From Vibrio alginolyticus NBRC 15630 = ATCC 17749 (lineage in GTDB: Bacteria; Pseudomonadota; Gammaproteobacteria; Enterobacterales; Vibrionaceae), in NCBI RefSeq assembly GCF_000354175.2, contig NC_022349.1:2700001-2732000 (forward strand): a stretch of 32,000 nucleotides of DNA. The letters are read 5' to 3'. The notes below the pieces were generated by a model, which saw nothing but the letters and a program-made list of their open reading frames with translations, did not search any database and was not told the origin of the DNA. Both the position numbers and the translations under genes were made by a program. Below, in pieces: positions 1-9,315 of this stretch. How positions within the stretch are numbered: the first letter of the stretch is position 1; the number at the start of each line of letters is the position of its first letter.

Positions 1-1
1 C

Positions 2-391
2 TTACCTCTACTGTCTCAAGTAGAAGGTGTTGAGTTTACAGCTGAAGAAGTAGAAGCATTAACGAAACGTATTCAAAATGCAGGTACTGAAGTTGTAGAA
101 GCTAAAGCGGGTGGTGGTAGTGCAACACTATCAATGGGCCAAGCTGCATGTCGCTTTGGTCTGTCTCTGGTTCGTGCTCTTCAAGGTGAAGAAGGCGTAG
201 TTGAGTGCGCTTACGTTGAAGGCGACGGCGAACACGCGACTTACTTCGCGCAACCTGTGAAACTGGGTAAAGAAGGCGTTGAAGAAGTACTAAGCTACGG
301 CAAACTCAGCGATTACGAAAAGTCTGCATTAGACGGTATGCTAGAAACACTAAATGGCGACATCAACATTGGTGTTGAATTCGCAAAGTAA
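2..391 (+). CDS. mdh: Malate dehydrogenase, C-terminal fragment (gene starts upstream of the window)
   Basis: The frame is open from base 2. The translation ...[43 protein letters not shown]...GVEFAK is the conserved C-terminus of gammaproteobacterial Mdh. A terminator follows. Confidence 0.9.
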   Translation, partial: LPLLSQVEGVEFTAEEVEALTKRIQNAGTEVVEAKAGGGSATLSMGQAACRFGLSLVRALQGEEGVVECAYVEGDGEHATYFAQPVKLGKEGVEEVLSYGKLSDYEKSALDGMLETLNGDINIGVEFAK

Positions 392-413
392 TCTAGAAAG
401 CCTATATAAGAAG

Positions 414-442
414 AAAGCCGATCATTTTGATCGGCTTTTTTG
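414..442 (+). terminator. Rho-independent terminator after mdh
   Basis: Stem AGCCGATCA / TGATCGGCT followed by a T-run. Confidence 0.7.
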
Positions 443-504
443 ATCCTTGATTTCTCAACTTCGTAAAAATGGTCGAATAAAACCACGTAGTGAAGGAGAA
501 GATG

Positions 505-696
505 ATGGAAGCGAGTCGAATCCGTAAAGGCATGGTTGTTGAGTGCCAACAAGGCGTCGGTACGATATTAGTGGTCGATCATGAAGCAGAGACAGTATTA
601 TTGTCCAAACAAGGGACTGAACAGCAGCTCGCCGTTAGCTTTGATGAAATAGAAGATGATCCACAACTGCATGGCGGTAGTGACAGATATTACTAG
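505..696 (+). CDS. Small hypothetical protein (about 63 aa)
   Basis: The track ORF 490-696 starts at a GTG. AAGGAG at 493-498 sits 6 nt before the ATG at 505 (an ATG at 502 is also possible). The ORF is bracketed by the mdh terminator and its own terminator. I do not recognise the family. Confidence 0.5.
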   Translation: MEASRIRKGMVVECQQGVGTILVVDHEAETVLLSKQGTEQQLAVSFDEIEDDPQLHGGSDRYY

Positions 697-730
697 CGCC
701 TCGGGGCGTCGTCATTAGGTATCAAACGTA

Positions 731-758
731 AAAAAGGAAGAGCATGCTCTTCCTTTTA
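731..758. terminator. Bidirectional terminator between the small ORF (+) and ispB (-)
   Basis: Perfect palindrome AGGAAGAGCATGCTCTTCCT (735-754), with an A-run on its 5' side and a T-run on its 3' side. Confidence 0.65.
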
Positions 759-790
759 GCTATAAGCCTTGCGTTATGGGTAGCTATTGA

Positions 791-1762
791 TTACTTCGTG
801 CGTTGTACAGCGACATGAGCCAGAGTAACAAGCGCTTGTTTGTATTCAGACTCTGGCAACACTGATAGTTCTGCGATTGCTTTGTCTGCTTCTTCTAGAG
901 CTTTTTGCGTTGTGTATTCCAGAGAGCCTGCTTCTTTCATGACCGCAAGAATTTCTTCTAAGCGATCCATGCCATTCGCTTTCTCAATCGCTTCACGAAT
1001 CATGATGGCGTTTTCTGGTGTGGTATTACGCATAGCATGGAGTAGAGGTAAAGTTGGCTTGCCTTCGGCCAAGTCATCACCCACATTTTTACCCATGTCT
1101 TCGCCATCAGAAGTGTAATCCATGACGTCATCAATGAGCTGAAACGCAGTGCCTAGATACTTACCGTAATTTTGCATTGCGATTTCCACATGCTCAGGAG
1201 CATCATTTAAGATTGCACCGATTTGAGTTGCGGATTCAAATAAGCGCGCAGTCTTAGAGTAGATGACTTGCATGTAGCTTTCTTCTGTCGTGTCAGGGTC
1301 GTTACAGTTCATCAACTGCTGTACTTCACCTTCGGCGATCACGTTTACGGCATTGCTCATTAGTTTAAGGATCTTCATGGATCCTAGTTCCGTCATCATC
1401 TGAAATGAGCGTGTATAGATAAAGTCCCCAACTAATACGCTAGCCGCATTGCCAAATGCTGCATTCGCAGTGGCTTTACCACGGCGCATGTCTGATTCAT
1501 CTACCACGTCATCATGCAGCAAAGTCGCTGTATGGATGAACTCAATAAACGCAGCTGCCATTGTATGACCATTGCCTTGGTAACCAAGTGCACGGGCTGA
1601 CAGTATCGCTAAAAGCGGTCTTAGACGTTTGCCTCCACCACTCACGATATAAAAACCGAGCTGGTTGATTAAAGAGACATCAGAATTAAGTTGGGCTTGA
1701 ATTGTTTCATTCACTTTTGCCATGTCATCGGCAGTAAGCGCTTGGATAGTTTTAAAATCCAT
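791..1762 (-). CDS. ispB: Octaprenyl-diphosphate synthase
   Basis: Polyprenyl synthetase motifs LLHDDVVDESDMRRG and FQLIDDVMDY. The length is about 323 aa from the ATG at 1762; the track start at 1792 is a TTG extension. Confidence 0.9.
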   Translation of the reverse strand: MDFKTIQALTADDMAKVNETIQAQLNSDVSLINQLGFYIVSGGGKRLRPLLAILSARALGYQGNGHTMAAAFIEFIHTATLLHDDVVDESDMRRGKATANAAFGNAASVLVGDFIYTRSFQMMTELGSMKILKLMSNAVNVIAEGEVQQLMNCNDPDTTEESYMQVIYSKTARLFESATQIGAILNDAPEHVEIAMQNYGKYLGTAFQLIDDVMDYTSDGEDMGKNVGDDLAEGKPTLPLLHAMRNTTPENAIMIREAIEKANGMDRLEEILAVMKEAGSLEYTTQKALEEADKAIAELSVLPESEYKQALVTLAHVAVQRTK

Positions 1763-1919
1763 CGTATATCCGGCTGAAGTTAGACCCTGCAAGGCTTATT
1801 CGATTTATATAATTGTCGAATAATACACTAAAAAACGTTGATTAATACATTACTAAAGGGCATGATTGCCGCACTTTTCTTTGGCGATTAGCTTTTCGCC
1901 AATTTTTTCAAAATATGGC

Positions 1920-1948
1920 TTGTCATAGGAGCATCTATTCTGTAGAAT
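1920..1948 (+). promoter_or_regulatory. Candidate sigma70 promoter of rplU-rpmA
   Basis: TTGTCA (1920-1925), a 17-nt spacer, then TAGAAT (1943-1948), about 70 nt upstream of the rplU ATG. Confidence 0.55.
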
Positions 1949-2018
1949 CTGCGCCCTATTGATGATTAGTTTAGCGCACACCCTCAAGAAAGGCTGTGCG
2001 GAAAAAGCGGAGTAAAAT

Positions 2019-2330
2019 ATGTACGCTGTTTTCCAATCTGGTGGTAAACAACACCGTGTAAGCGAAGGTCAAACTCTTCGTTTAGAGAAATTAGACGTTG
2101 AAACTGGTGCAACTGTAGAATTTGATAAAGTTCTTCTTGTTGCTAACGGCGAAGACATCAAAGTTGGTGCTCCTCTTGTAGAGGGCGGCAAAATTGTTGC
2201 TGAAGTTGTACAACACGGTCGTGGCGATAAAGTTAAAATCGTTAAGTTCCGTCGTCGTAAGCACTCTCGTAAGCAACAGGGTCACCGTCAGTGGTTCACT
2301 GAAGTGAAGATCACTGGTATCAACGCTTAA
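2019..2330 (+). CDS. rplU: 50S ribosomal protein L21
   Basis: [18 protein letters not shown]... is the canonical L21 sequence, 103 aa. Confidence 0.97.
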
Positions 2331-2350
2331 TCTATTAGGAGAGTTTAACA

Positions 2351-2608
2351 ATGGCACACAAAAAAGCTGGTGGTTCTACTCGTAACGGCCGCGATTCAGA
2401 AAGCAAACGTCTAGGTGTTAAGCGTTTCGGTGGTGAATCTGTACTTGCAGGTAACATCATCGTTCGTCAACGTGGCACTAAGTTCCACGCTGGTAACAAC
2501 GTAGGTATCGGTAAAGACCACACTCTATTCGCTCTTACTGAAGGTAAAGTGAAGTTCGAAGTGAAAGGTCCTAAGAACCGTAAGTTTGTAAGCATCGAAG
2601 CTGAGTAA
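2351..2608 (+). CDS. rpmA: 50S ribosomal protein L27
   Basis: [24 protein letters not shown]... is the canonical L27 sequence, 85 aa. GGAG lies upstream. Confidence 0.97.
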
Positions 2609-2656
2609 TTAGGTTTTTAACCAAATTACTTAATAGCTTTAAGCTGAATTCAAAAG

Positions 2657-2681
2657 CCCTGCCGAATCGGCGGGGTTTTTT
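2657..2681 (+). terminator. Rho-independent terminator after rpmA
   Basis: CCCTGCCG aat CGGCGGGG followed by TTTTTT. Confidence 0.7.
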
Positions 2682-2817
2682 ATTTGTGGCAGTCGACATA
2701 TCGAAGTTTCTCGCTAAGATCCTAAGCGATTTGAATCTGGGAGCTTAGATCTGTCATCTGCTAAAATTGTCGGATGACATAGTAAGATTTAATCCACGCA
2801 CGAAGTAGTCGGAGTAA

Positions 2818-3996
<1,179 letters not shown>

Positions 3997-4037
3997 TCAG
4001 AACGGTCAAACAATGCCTGTTTGCCTATAATTCATTA

Positions 4038-4067
4038 AGCCGCAATTATCTATTGCGGCTTTTTTTG
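4038..4067 (+). terminator. Rho-independent terminator after obg
   Basis: AGCCGCAAT tatct ATTGCGGCT followed by a T-run. Confidence 0.7.
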
Positions 4068-4191
4068 TATCTAAATCATATTTAGGTGATGTGATTTACG
4101 GCACAATAACCGATACGTCGTGTTTTTTGAGGGTTAGTTTGGCCCTCGCGCGTATGAATGAGTAACACCCTAAAAGGAATTAGACTTATTT

Positions 4192-4992
4192 ATGACTCTA
4201 GAAACCATACCGCCTAGAGAGTTGGCGGTATCTACTCAACGATCGATTTCTCGTCTTGTCGCCCAAGCCGGACAAATGCTACTTGCTCATGGTGCTGAAA
4301 GTACTCTTGTGAGCGATATTATGCGTCGTATTGGCCTTGCTTGTGGGGTGAATGAAGTTGCGGTAGCACTATCAGCTAATGCATTGGTTGTGACGACGGT
4401 AATGGATGGGCATTGCATCACCACCACCCGAAGCTGCGCTGATCGTGGCATCAATATGCGCGTTATTACGCAAATTCAACGAATCTGTATCATGATGGAA
4501 CGTGGTTTGCTCGATTCAACCATGGCGCAGAAAAAGCTGAACGCTATCAGTCCAGAGCGTTATAACCGCTGGTTGGTGGTGTTTATGATTGGCTTGTCTT
4601 GTGCGGCATTCAGTCATCTAGCTGGTGGTGATTGGGGAGTCTTCATCATGACCTTTTTAGCTTCAGCTGGTGGCATGATCGTTCGCCAAGAAATTGGTCA
4701 TCGTCATTTCAACCCTCTATTGAACTTTGCTGCGACCGCTTTTGTGACTACCTTAATTTCAGCACAGGCGGAAATTTACCAAATCGGTAATCTACCTACC
4801 GTAGCAATGGCATCGTCAGTATTAATGCTTGTACCTGGTTTCCCACTCATTAACTCTGTCGCAGATATGTTGAAAGGCCACATTAATATGGGGATTGCTC
4901 GATTTGTGATGGCTAGTTTACTAACGTTGGCGACATGTTTGGGGATCGTTGCTGCGATGAGTGTAACTGGAATTTGGGGGTGGGCTATCTAA
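4192..4992 (+). CDS. Threonine/serine exporter family protein (ThrE / YjjP-like, DUF1212-type)
   Basis: 266 aa. A soluble N-terminal part (LLAHGAESTLVSDIMRRIG) is followed by several hydrophobic helices. It is coupled to the next ORF by a TAATG overlap. Confidence 0.8.
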   Translation: MTLETIPPRELAVSTQRSISRLVAQAGQMLLAHGAESTLVSDIMRRIGLACGVNEVAVALSANALVVTTVMDGHCITTTRSCADRGINMRVITQIQRICIMMERGLLDSTMAQKKLNAISPERYNRWLVVFMIGLSCAAFSHLAGGDWGVFIMTFLASAGGMIVRQEIGHRHFNPLLNFAATAFVTTLISAQAEIYQIGNLPTVAMASSVLMLVPGFPLINSVADMLKGHINMGIARFVMASLLTLATCLGIVAAMSVTGIWGWAI

Positions 4993-5465
4993 TGAGTTTA
5001 TTTGATTTGATGTTTGGCCTGTTGAATGACATGTTTTTTGCGGCGATTCCCGCCGTAGGATTTGCATTGGTTTTTAACGTGCCACAAAGAGCTTTAGTGT
5101 ATTGCGCTGTTGGTGGTGCGATTGGTCATGGTAGCCGCTACTTGATGATGCAGTTTGGCATTCCTATTGAGTGGGCAACCTTTTTTGCCGCGACGTTAGT
5201 TGGGATGATTGGTGTGTACTGGTCTCACCGTTTTCTCGCGCATCCAAAAGTGTTTACTGTGGCTGCTTTGATCCCGATGGTGCCGGGTGTGTTTGCGTAC
5301 AAAGCAATGATCGCTATGGTAGAGATCAATCATGTTGGCTACTCACCCGAGCTTGTCGCAACCTGTATGGAAAACTTTCTTAAGGCCATGTTTATTATTG
5401 CAGGTTTAGCTGTTGGTCTTGCGGTTCCAGGGCTGTTATTCTATCGCCGCAGACCAATTGTATAA
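4992..5465 (+). CDS. Threonine/serine exporter family protein, small subunit (YjjB-like)
   Basis: 157 aa from the ATG at 4992, which overlaps the upstream stop (TAATG). The protein is all-hydrophobic with about 4 TM segments. The track start at 4935 is an in-frame extension lying inside the upstream gene. Confidence 0.75.
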   Translation: MSLFDLMFGLLNDMFFAAIPAVGFALVFNVPQRALVYCAVGGAIGHGSRYLMMQFGIPIEWATFFAATLVGMIGVYWSHRFLAHPKVFTVAALIPMVPGVFAYKAMIAMVEINHVGYSPELVATCMENFLKAMFIIAGLAVGLAVPGLLFYRRRPIV

Positions 5466-5474
5466 GGACCTAAC

Positions 5475-5954
5475 ATGATCATTAGTATGATTGCCGCGAT
5501 GGCCGACAATCGCATCATTGGCAAAGACAATCAAATGCCTTGGCATCTTCCCGCCGATTTCGCTTGGTTTAAGCGTTGTACCATGGGAAAACCGGTTTTG
5601 ATGGGACGCAAAACCTATGAGTCTATTGGTCGCCCTTTACCTGGTCGCTTGAATATTGTTATCAGCCGTGATGAGACACTAAAGATCGAAGGCGTCACTA
5701 CCGTAACATCGATTGAGCAAGCTTTGGACGTGGCTGGTGACGTGGAAGAAGTGATGATCATTGGTGGTGGTGCGATTTACGCATCTTGTCTGCCGATGGC
5801 CAATAAACTGTATGTAACACACATTGAAGCCGCGATTGATGGTGATACTCAGTTCCCAGACTGGGGAGATCAATTTAAGGAAACTTACTCAGAAATGTAT
5901 CAAGCCGATGAGAAGAACGCCTACAACATGCGCTTTACTGTGTTAGAAAAGTAA
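5475..5954 (+). CDS. folA: Dihydrofolate reductase
   Basis: 159 aa. MISMIAAMADNRIIGKDNQMPWHLPADFAWFKRCTMGKPVLMGRKTYESIG is type I DHFR. Confidence 0.93.
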   Translation: MIISMIAAMADNRIIGKDNQMPWHLPADFAWFKRCTMGKPVLMGRKTYESIGRPLPGRLNIVISRDETLKIEGVTTVTSIEQALDVAGDVEEVMIIGGGAIYASCLPMANKLYVTHIEAAIDGDTQFPDWGDQFKETYSEMYQADEKNAYNMRFTVLEK

Positions 5955-5980
5955 TTCGAGATTAACACCGCGTAGTTAAT

Positions 5981-6160
5981 ACGGTAATGCCGTTCGTATA
6001 ACAGCGAGCGGACATTCCAACCTACCGTCATCCTGAAAAGCGACGAAAGAGCGAGATTCAGGAGCCTCTATACGAGTACTTTGTTGTCAAAGGTATTTCT
6101 ATCTATTCGCAGCGCGAGGATATTAGATTCCTAGTCTCGTTAAGGCTCGTTGGAATGACC
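5981..6160. repeat. Composite hairpin-rich intergenic repeat, copy A
   Basis: It is collinear with the reverse complement of 15117-15280. Module 6027-6065 matches rc(15211-15249) at 35/39. Module 6118-6132 matches rc(15144-15158) at 15/15. The end modules ACGGTAATGCCGTTCG and GGAATGAC are also shared. Confidence 0.6.
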
Positions 6161-6223
6161 CTACAGGAGGTGTTAAGTGACAAGTATTCTTCCTACTATG
6201 GATTATCGACTGTTATTCAGTGT

Positions 6224-7030
6224 TTAACTTAACGCATCCTGAGTAAAAATTTTCTTATCTTCCCAACGGATCATGGTTAGGCTTCCGCCCCAAACGCAGC
6301 CAGTATCTAGCCCGATGACTTCGTTGTTCATATAGCCTTGTAGTGCAGCCCAGTGCCCAAAGAGCACCGCTTTGTTTAAGTGGATACGTTTAGGCACATC
6401 AAACCATGGAATAAGTTCGTTACCGGAAACTTGTTGCGGTGGCAATTTACAATCCATATCCAAACGACCATCAGGGAAACAAAAGCGCATCCGCGTAAAA
6501 GCATTGATAATATAACGGTATCGGTCCAAACCCTGTAGAGAGTCATCCCAGGAATCAGGTTGATTGCTGTACATGTTTTTTAATAGCCAAGGCAGCTCTT
6601 CACTTTGGATGATGCGCTCAACTTCACGGGCACACTTTCTCGCTGTTTTTAGATTCCACTGCGGTGATATGCCAGCGTGACACATCACGAACTCGTCATG
6701 CTCGGCCAATAGAGGTTGCTGAGCTAGCCATGTCAGTAGTTCCTCTTTGTCAGGGGCCGTGAAAATAGGTGCGGTTCTATCTTTGTCTTTGACCTTTTTT
6801 ATCCCGTGAGCCACTGCAAGAAGGTGAAGGTCGTGATTACCAAGCACGACGATTGCGCTTGCGCCAAGTGACTTCACAAAGCGTAACGTTTCTAGTGATT
6901 TAGGCCCTCTGGCGACCAAATCACCAGCAAGCCAAAGTTGGTCTTTTTTCGCAGAGAAAGATACTTTTTCTAGTAGTCGCTGCAATTCATCAAAACAGCC
7001 TTGGATGTCACCAACAATATAGGTAGCCAC
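6224..7030 (-). CDS. apaH: Bis(5'-nucleosyl)-tetraphosphatase, symmetrical
   Basis: MATYIVGDIQGCFDEL...GDLVARGP...GNHD are the calcineurin-like ApaH motifs. It sits in the conserved rsmA-apaG-apaH context. Confidence 0.93.
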   Translation of the reverse strand: MATYIVGDIQGCFDELQRLLEKVSFSAKKDQLWLAGDLVARGPKSLETLRFVKSLGASAIVVLGNHDLHLLAVAHGIKKVKDKDRTAPIFTAPDKEELLTWLAQQPLLAEHDEFVMCHAGISPQWNLKTARKCAREVERIIQSEELPWLLKNMYSNQPDSWDDSLQGLDRYRYIINAFTRMRFCFPDGRLDMDCKLPPQQVSGNELIPWFDVPKRIHLNKAVLFGHWAALQGYMNNEVIGLDTGCVWGGSLTMIRWEDKKIFTQDALS

Positions 7031-7045
7031 TGAATCTCCAATTTA

Positions 7046-7426
7046 CTAATTTAAAACATTTGGAACAGCCAAGCGAAATGGTTCGATTTCGGTGATGAAC
7101 TCTTGCCCTTTCTCATCCAGCATTTTGTAGTGTCCTTGCATAACGCCGACAGGGGTTTCTAACGCGGTTCCGCTACTGTACGTGTATTCATCATTGCTTG
7201 GAATAAAGGGCTGCTGGCCTACCACTCCGTCACCTTCAACCGTCATTTGCTTGCCATTCGAGTCTGTGATTAGCCAGCGGCGGCTCACTAACTGTACGGT
7301 TTGCTGGCTAAGGTTTTTGATGGTGATGATATAAGCGAAAACGTAGCGTTGTAGCTCTGGGTTGGACTGTTCTTCGATGTATTTGGTGTGAACTTGAATT
7401 TTGATGCAAGGTTGAATGACGTCCAT
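7046..7426 (-). CDS. apaG: Protein ApaG (DUF525)
   Basis: About 126 aa from the ATG at 7426, with GAGGAG 5 nt upstream. The track start at 7432 is a GTG inside the RBS. The sequence has typical ApaG features ([13 protein letters not shown]...[11 protein letters not shown]). Confidence 0.9.
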   Translation of the reverse strand: MDVIQPCIKIQVHTKYIEEQSNPELQRYVFAYIITIKNLSQQTVQLVSRRWLITDSNGKQMTVEGDGVVGQQPFIPSNDEYTYSSGTALETPVGVMQGHYKMLDEKGQEFITEIEPFRLAVPNVLN

Positions 7427-7463
7427 GTGCACTCCTCAGAAACGTAATATCCCAATAATAATA

Positions 7464-7487
7464 AGCCAAACCTACAAGGGTTTGGCT
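7464..7487 (-). terminator. Hairpin between rsmA and apaG (possible partial terminator or attenuator)
   Basis: AGCCAAACC / GGTTTGGCT is a 9-bp stem. On the minus strand it is followed by TTATTATTATT. Confidence 0.4.
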
Positions 7488-7501
7488 CATTGTTTGAGTT
7501 C

Positions 7502-8311
7502 TTAGTGCTGCGGGTTATCCGCAAGCCAGTTCGCCATTGCGACGAATTGTTCTAGCGTCAGGTTCTCTGGACGCATGCTTGGATTAACACCTAGCTCTTC
7601 TAGTACTTCTGTGCTTAACAACGATTTGTAGCAGTTACGAACTGTTTTACGACGTTGGTTAAAGCCTTCACGACAAACGCGATCGAGCAAACGCAGATCT
7701 TTCGCCGGGCATGGCAGCTCTTCGTAAGGCACTAAACGAACAACGGCAGAATCCACTTTCGGTGGTGGAACGAATGCCGTTGGCGGTACTTCCAGTACTG
7801 GTACCACTTTACAGTAGTACTGAGCCATTACCGTCAAACGGCCGTAAGCTTTGCTGCCAGGGCCGGCGGCTAAGCGGTTTACCACTTCTTTTTGCAGCAT
7901 AAAGTGCATGTCTTGAATGTCTTTATGGAACTCAAAAAGGTGGAACATCAATGGTGTAGAGATGTTGTATGGCAAGTTACCAAAAATGCGCAGCTTGTTG
8001 TTTGGCTTCACTAGTTGAGTGAAGTCAAAACGCATAGCGTCACCCTCATGGATGGTCAACTTATCTGCCAGTTCAGGGTGAGTACGTAGGCGTTCCGCCA
8101 GATCGCGGTCTAATTCGATAACTGTGAACTTATCTACTTCACGACCTACTGGCTCAGTGATTGCACCAAGACCAGGACCGATTTCAACCAGGTTTTGACC
8201 TGGTTTTGGGTTAATCGCTGATACGATTCCATCAATAATGTATGGATCGTTCAGGAAGTTTTGACCAAAACGTTTACGCGCTTTGTGTCCTAAATGGACA
8301 TCATTTCTCAT
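7502..8311 (-). CDS. rsmA: 16S rRNA (adenine1518/1519-N6)-dimethyltransferase
   Basis: [18 protein letters not shown]...[11 protein letters not shown] is KsgA/RsmA. Its start overlaps the pdxA stop (ATGA). Confidence 0.93.
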   Translation of the reverse strand: MRNDVHLGHKARKRFGQNFLNDPYIIDGIVSAINPKPGQNLVEIGPGLGAITEPVGREVDKFTVIELDRDLAERLRTHPELADKLTIHEGDAMRFDFTQLVKPNNKLRIFGNLPYNISTPLMFHLFEFHKDIQDMHFMLQKEVVNRLAAGPGSKAYGRLTVMAQYYCKVVPVLEVPPTAFVPPPKVDSAVVRLVPYEELPCPAKDLRLLDRVCREGFNQRRKTVRNCYKSLLSTEVLEELGVNPSMRPENLTLEQFVAMANWLADNPQH

Positions 8312-9315
8312 TGTTTCTTCTCTACCAAATCTATCGCATGCGTGAGCGCTGTTCGGAAACTCCCTGTATCCGCTTGACCTGTCCCTGCCAGATCTAATGC
8401 AGTACCGTGGTCCACCGATGTTCTAATAAAAGGTAGACCAAGAGTAATGTTTACTGAACGACCAAAGCCTTTGTATTTTAATACTGGCAACACTTGATCA
8501 TGGTACATGCCTAAAACAGCATCAGCATCATTTAAATATTTTTCATTGAAAATGGTATCAGCCGGCAGAGGGCCGATCAGGTTGATACCTTTTTCTTGTC
8601 GAATTTTTTCCAGTGTCGGAGTGATGGTTTCGATCTCTTCACGACCTAAGCAGCCATCTTCGCCAGCATGAGGGTTAAGCCCGCAAACGTAGATGTTTGG
8701 TTGTGCGATAGCAAACTTTTCTACAAGGTCTTTATGAAGAATATCGATGATTTTTTCTAATCGCTCTTCGGTGACAGCTTTGGACACATAAGCTAAAGGA
8801 ATATGTGTTGTAACCAGCGCCACGCGTAGTCCTTCCGTTGCTAGCATCATTACGACTAGCGGCGTTTGTGACTTCTCGGCGAAAAATTCAGTATGACCAC
8901 TGAATGCAACACCTGCGCGATTAATCACCCCCTTATGAACAGGGCCGGTGACAATAGCATCAAATTCATCATTCATACAGCCTAAAGCCGCTCTTTCTAG
9001 CGTTTTTAGTACATAGTGGCCATTCGCTTCATTGAGCTCGCCTGCGACCGCAGGTTCTGATATTTGGATATGGTCAACGATAAGCGTGCCCGCTTTTTGT
9101 GCTTTAGGTGCTTCTTCTGGATTGTAATCAGACAGTTGGACTTCGATGCCAAGCTGCTTGGCTCGCTCCGTCAGCATATTCTTATCGGCACAGACGACAA
9201 TTTGGTGCGCCCAATCTTCTTTCGATAGGGCAAGCACTAAGTCTGGGCCGATACCCGCAGGTTCCCCTGCGGTTACGACAATTCTACGAATTGTATTAGT
9301 TGTCATTGTTGTCAT
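8308..9315 (-). CDS. pdxA: 4-hydroxythreonine-4-phosphate dehydrogenase
   Basis: [18 protein letters not shown]...GLNPHAGE...HDQ are PdxA motifs. The likely start is the ATG at 9315 or 9306, both inside the surA 3' end. The track start at 9375 is an extension. Confidence 0.9.
   Translation of the reverse strand: MTTMTTNTIRRIVVTAGEPAGIGPDLVLALSKEDWAHQIVVCADKNMLTERAKQLGIEVQLSDYNPEEAPKAQKAGTLIVDHIQISEPAVAGELNEANGHYVLKTLERAALGCMNDEFDAIVTGPVHKGVINRAGVAFSGHTEFFAEKSQTPLVVMMLATEGLRVALVTTHIPLAYVSKAVTEERLEKIIDILHKDLVEKFAIAQPNIYVCGLNPHAGEDGCLGREEIETITPTLEKIRQEKGINLIGPLPADTIFNEKYLNDADAVLGMYHDQVLPVLKYKGFGRSVNITLGLPFIRTSVDHGTALDLAGTGQADTGSFRTALTHAIDLVEKKQ

Noticed and set aside
840-1118. A 92-aa plus-strand ORF inside ispB. 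The same applies to the other internal or antisense track ORFs: 313-552, 2091-2357, 2761-3212, 3573-3770, 5171-5383, 5679-5873, 7288-7524, 7711-7902, 9108-9346, 9584-9766, 10150-10359, 10647-10847, 12381-12659, 13415-13884, 15347-15628, 15895-16104, 17014-17259, 18039-18671, 19621-20201, 20942-21124, 22191-22394, 22453-22683, 25759-26483, 27616-28825 and 29336-29560.
   Set aside because: Each lies wholly inside, or antisense to, a confidently identified conserved gene. They lack SD sequences and give low-complexity or Cys/Arg/Ser-rich translations typical of shadow ORFs.
1763-1792. N-terminal extensions offered by the ORF track: ispB to 1792, leuA to 20332, pdxA to 9375, the lipoprotein from 20756, leuO from 23893, yjjB-like from 4935, apaG to 7432 and the GT from 22315.
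   Set aside because: The extensions start at non-ATG codons or lack an SD. The downstream ATGs have good SD spacing and give protein lengths and N-termini matching the known families.
6066-6117. Possible inversion or similarity of the 52-nt central segments of the two repeat copies. For example, CTCT..GAGTA occurs in both plus-strand readings.
   Set aside because: The matches are only 4-6 nt long and could be chance. I could not establish a convincing alignment by eye in either orientation, so I report only the equal length.
6177-6227. A 16-codon mini-ORF (GTG, MTSILPTMDYRLLFSV) preceded by a strong AGGAGG at 6165-6170, running into the apaH stop codon.
   Set aside because: It is too short to evaluate and sits at the edge of the repeat element between two convergent 3' ends, where no promoter is apparent. 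The SD-like hexamer may be incidental.
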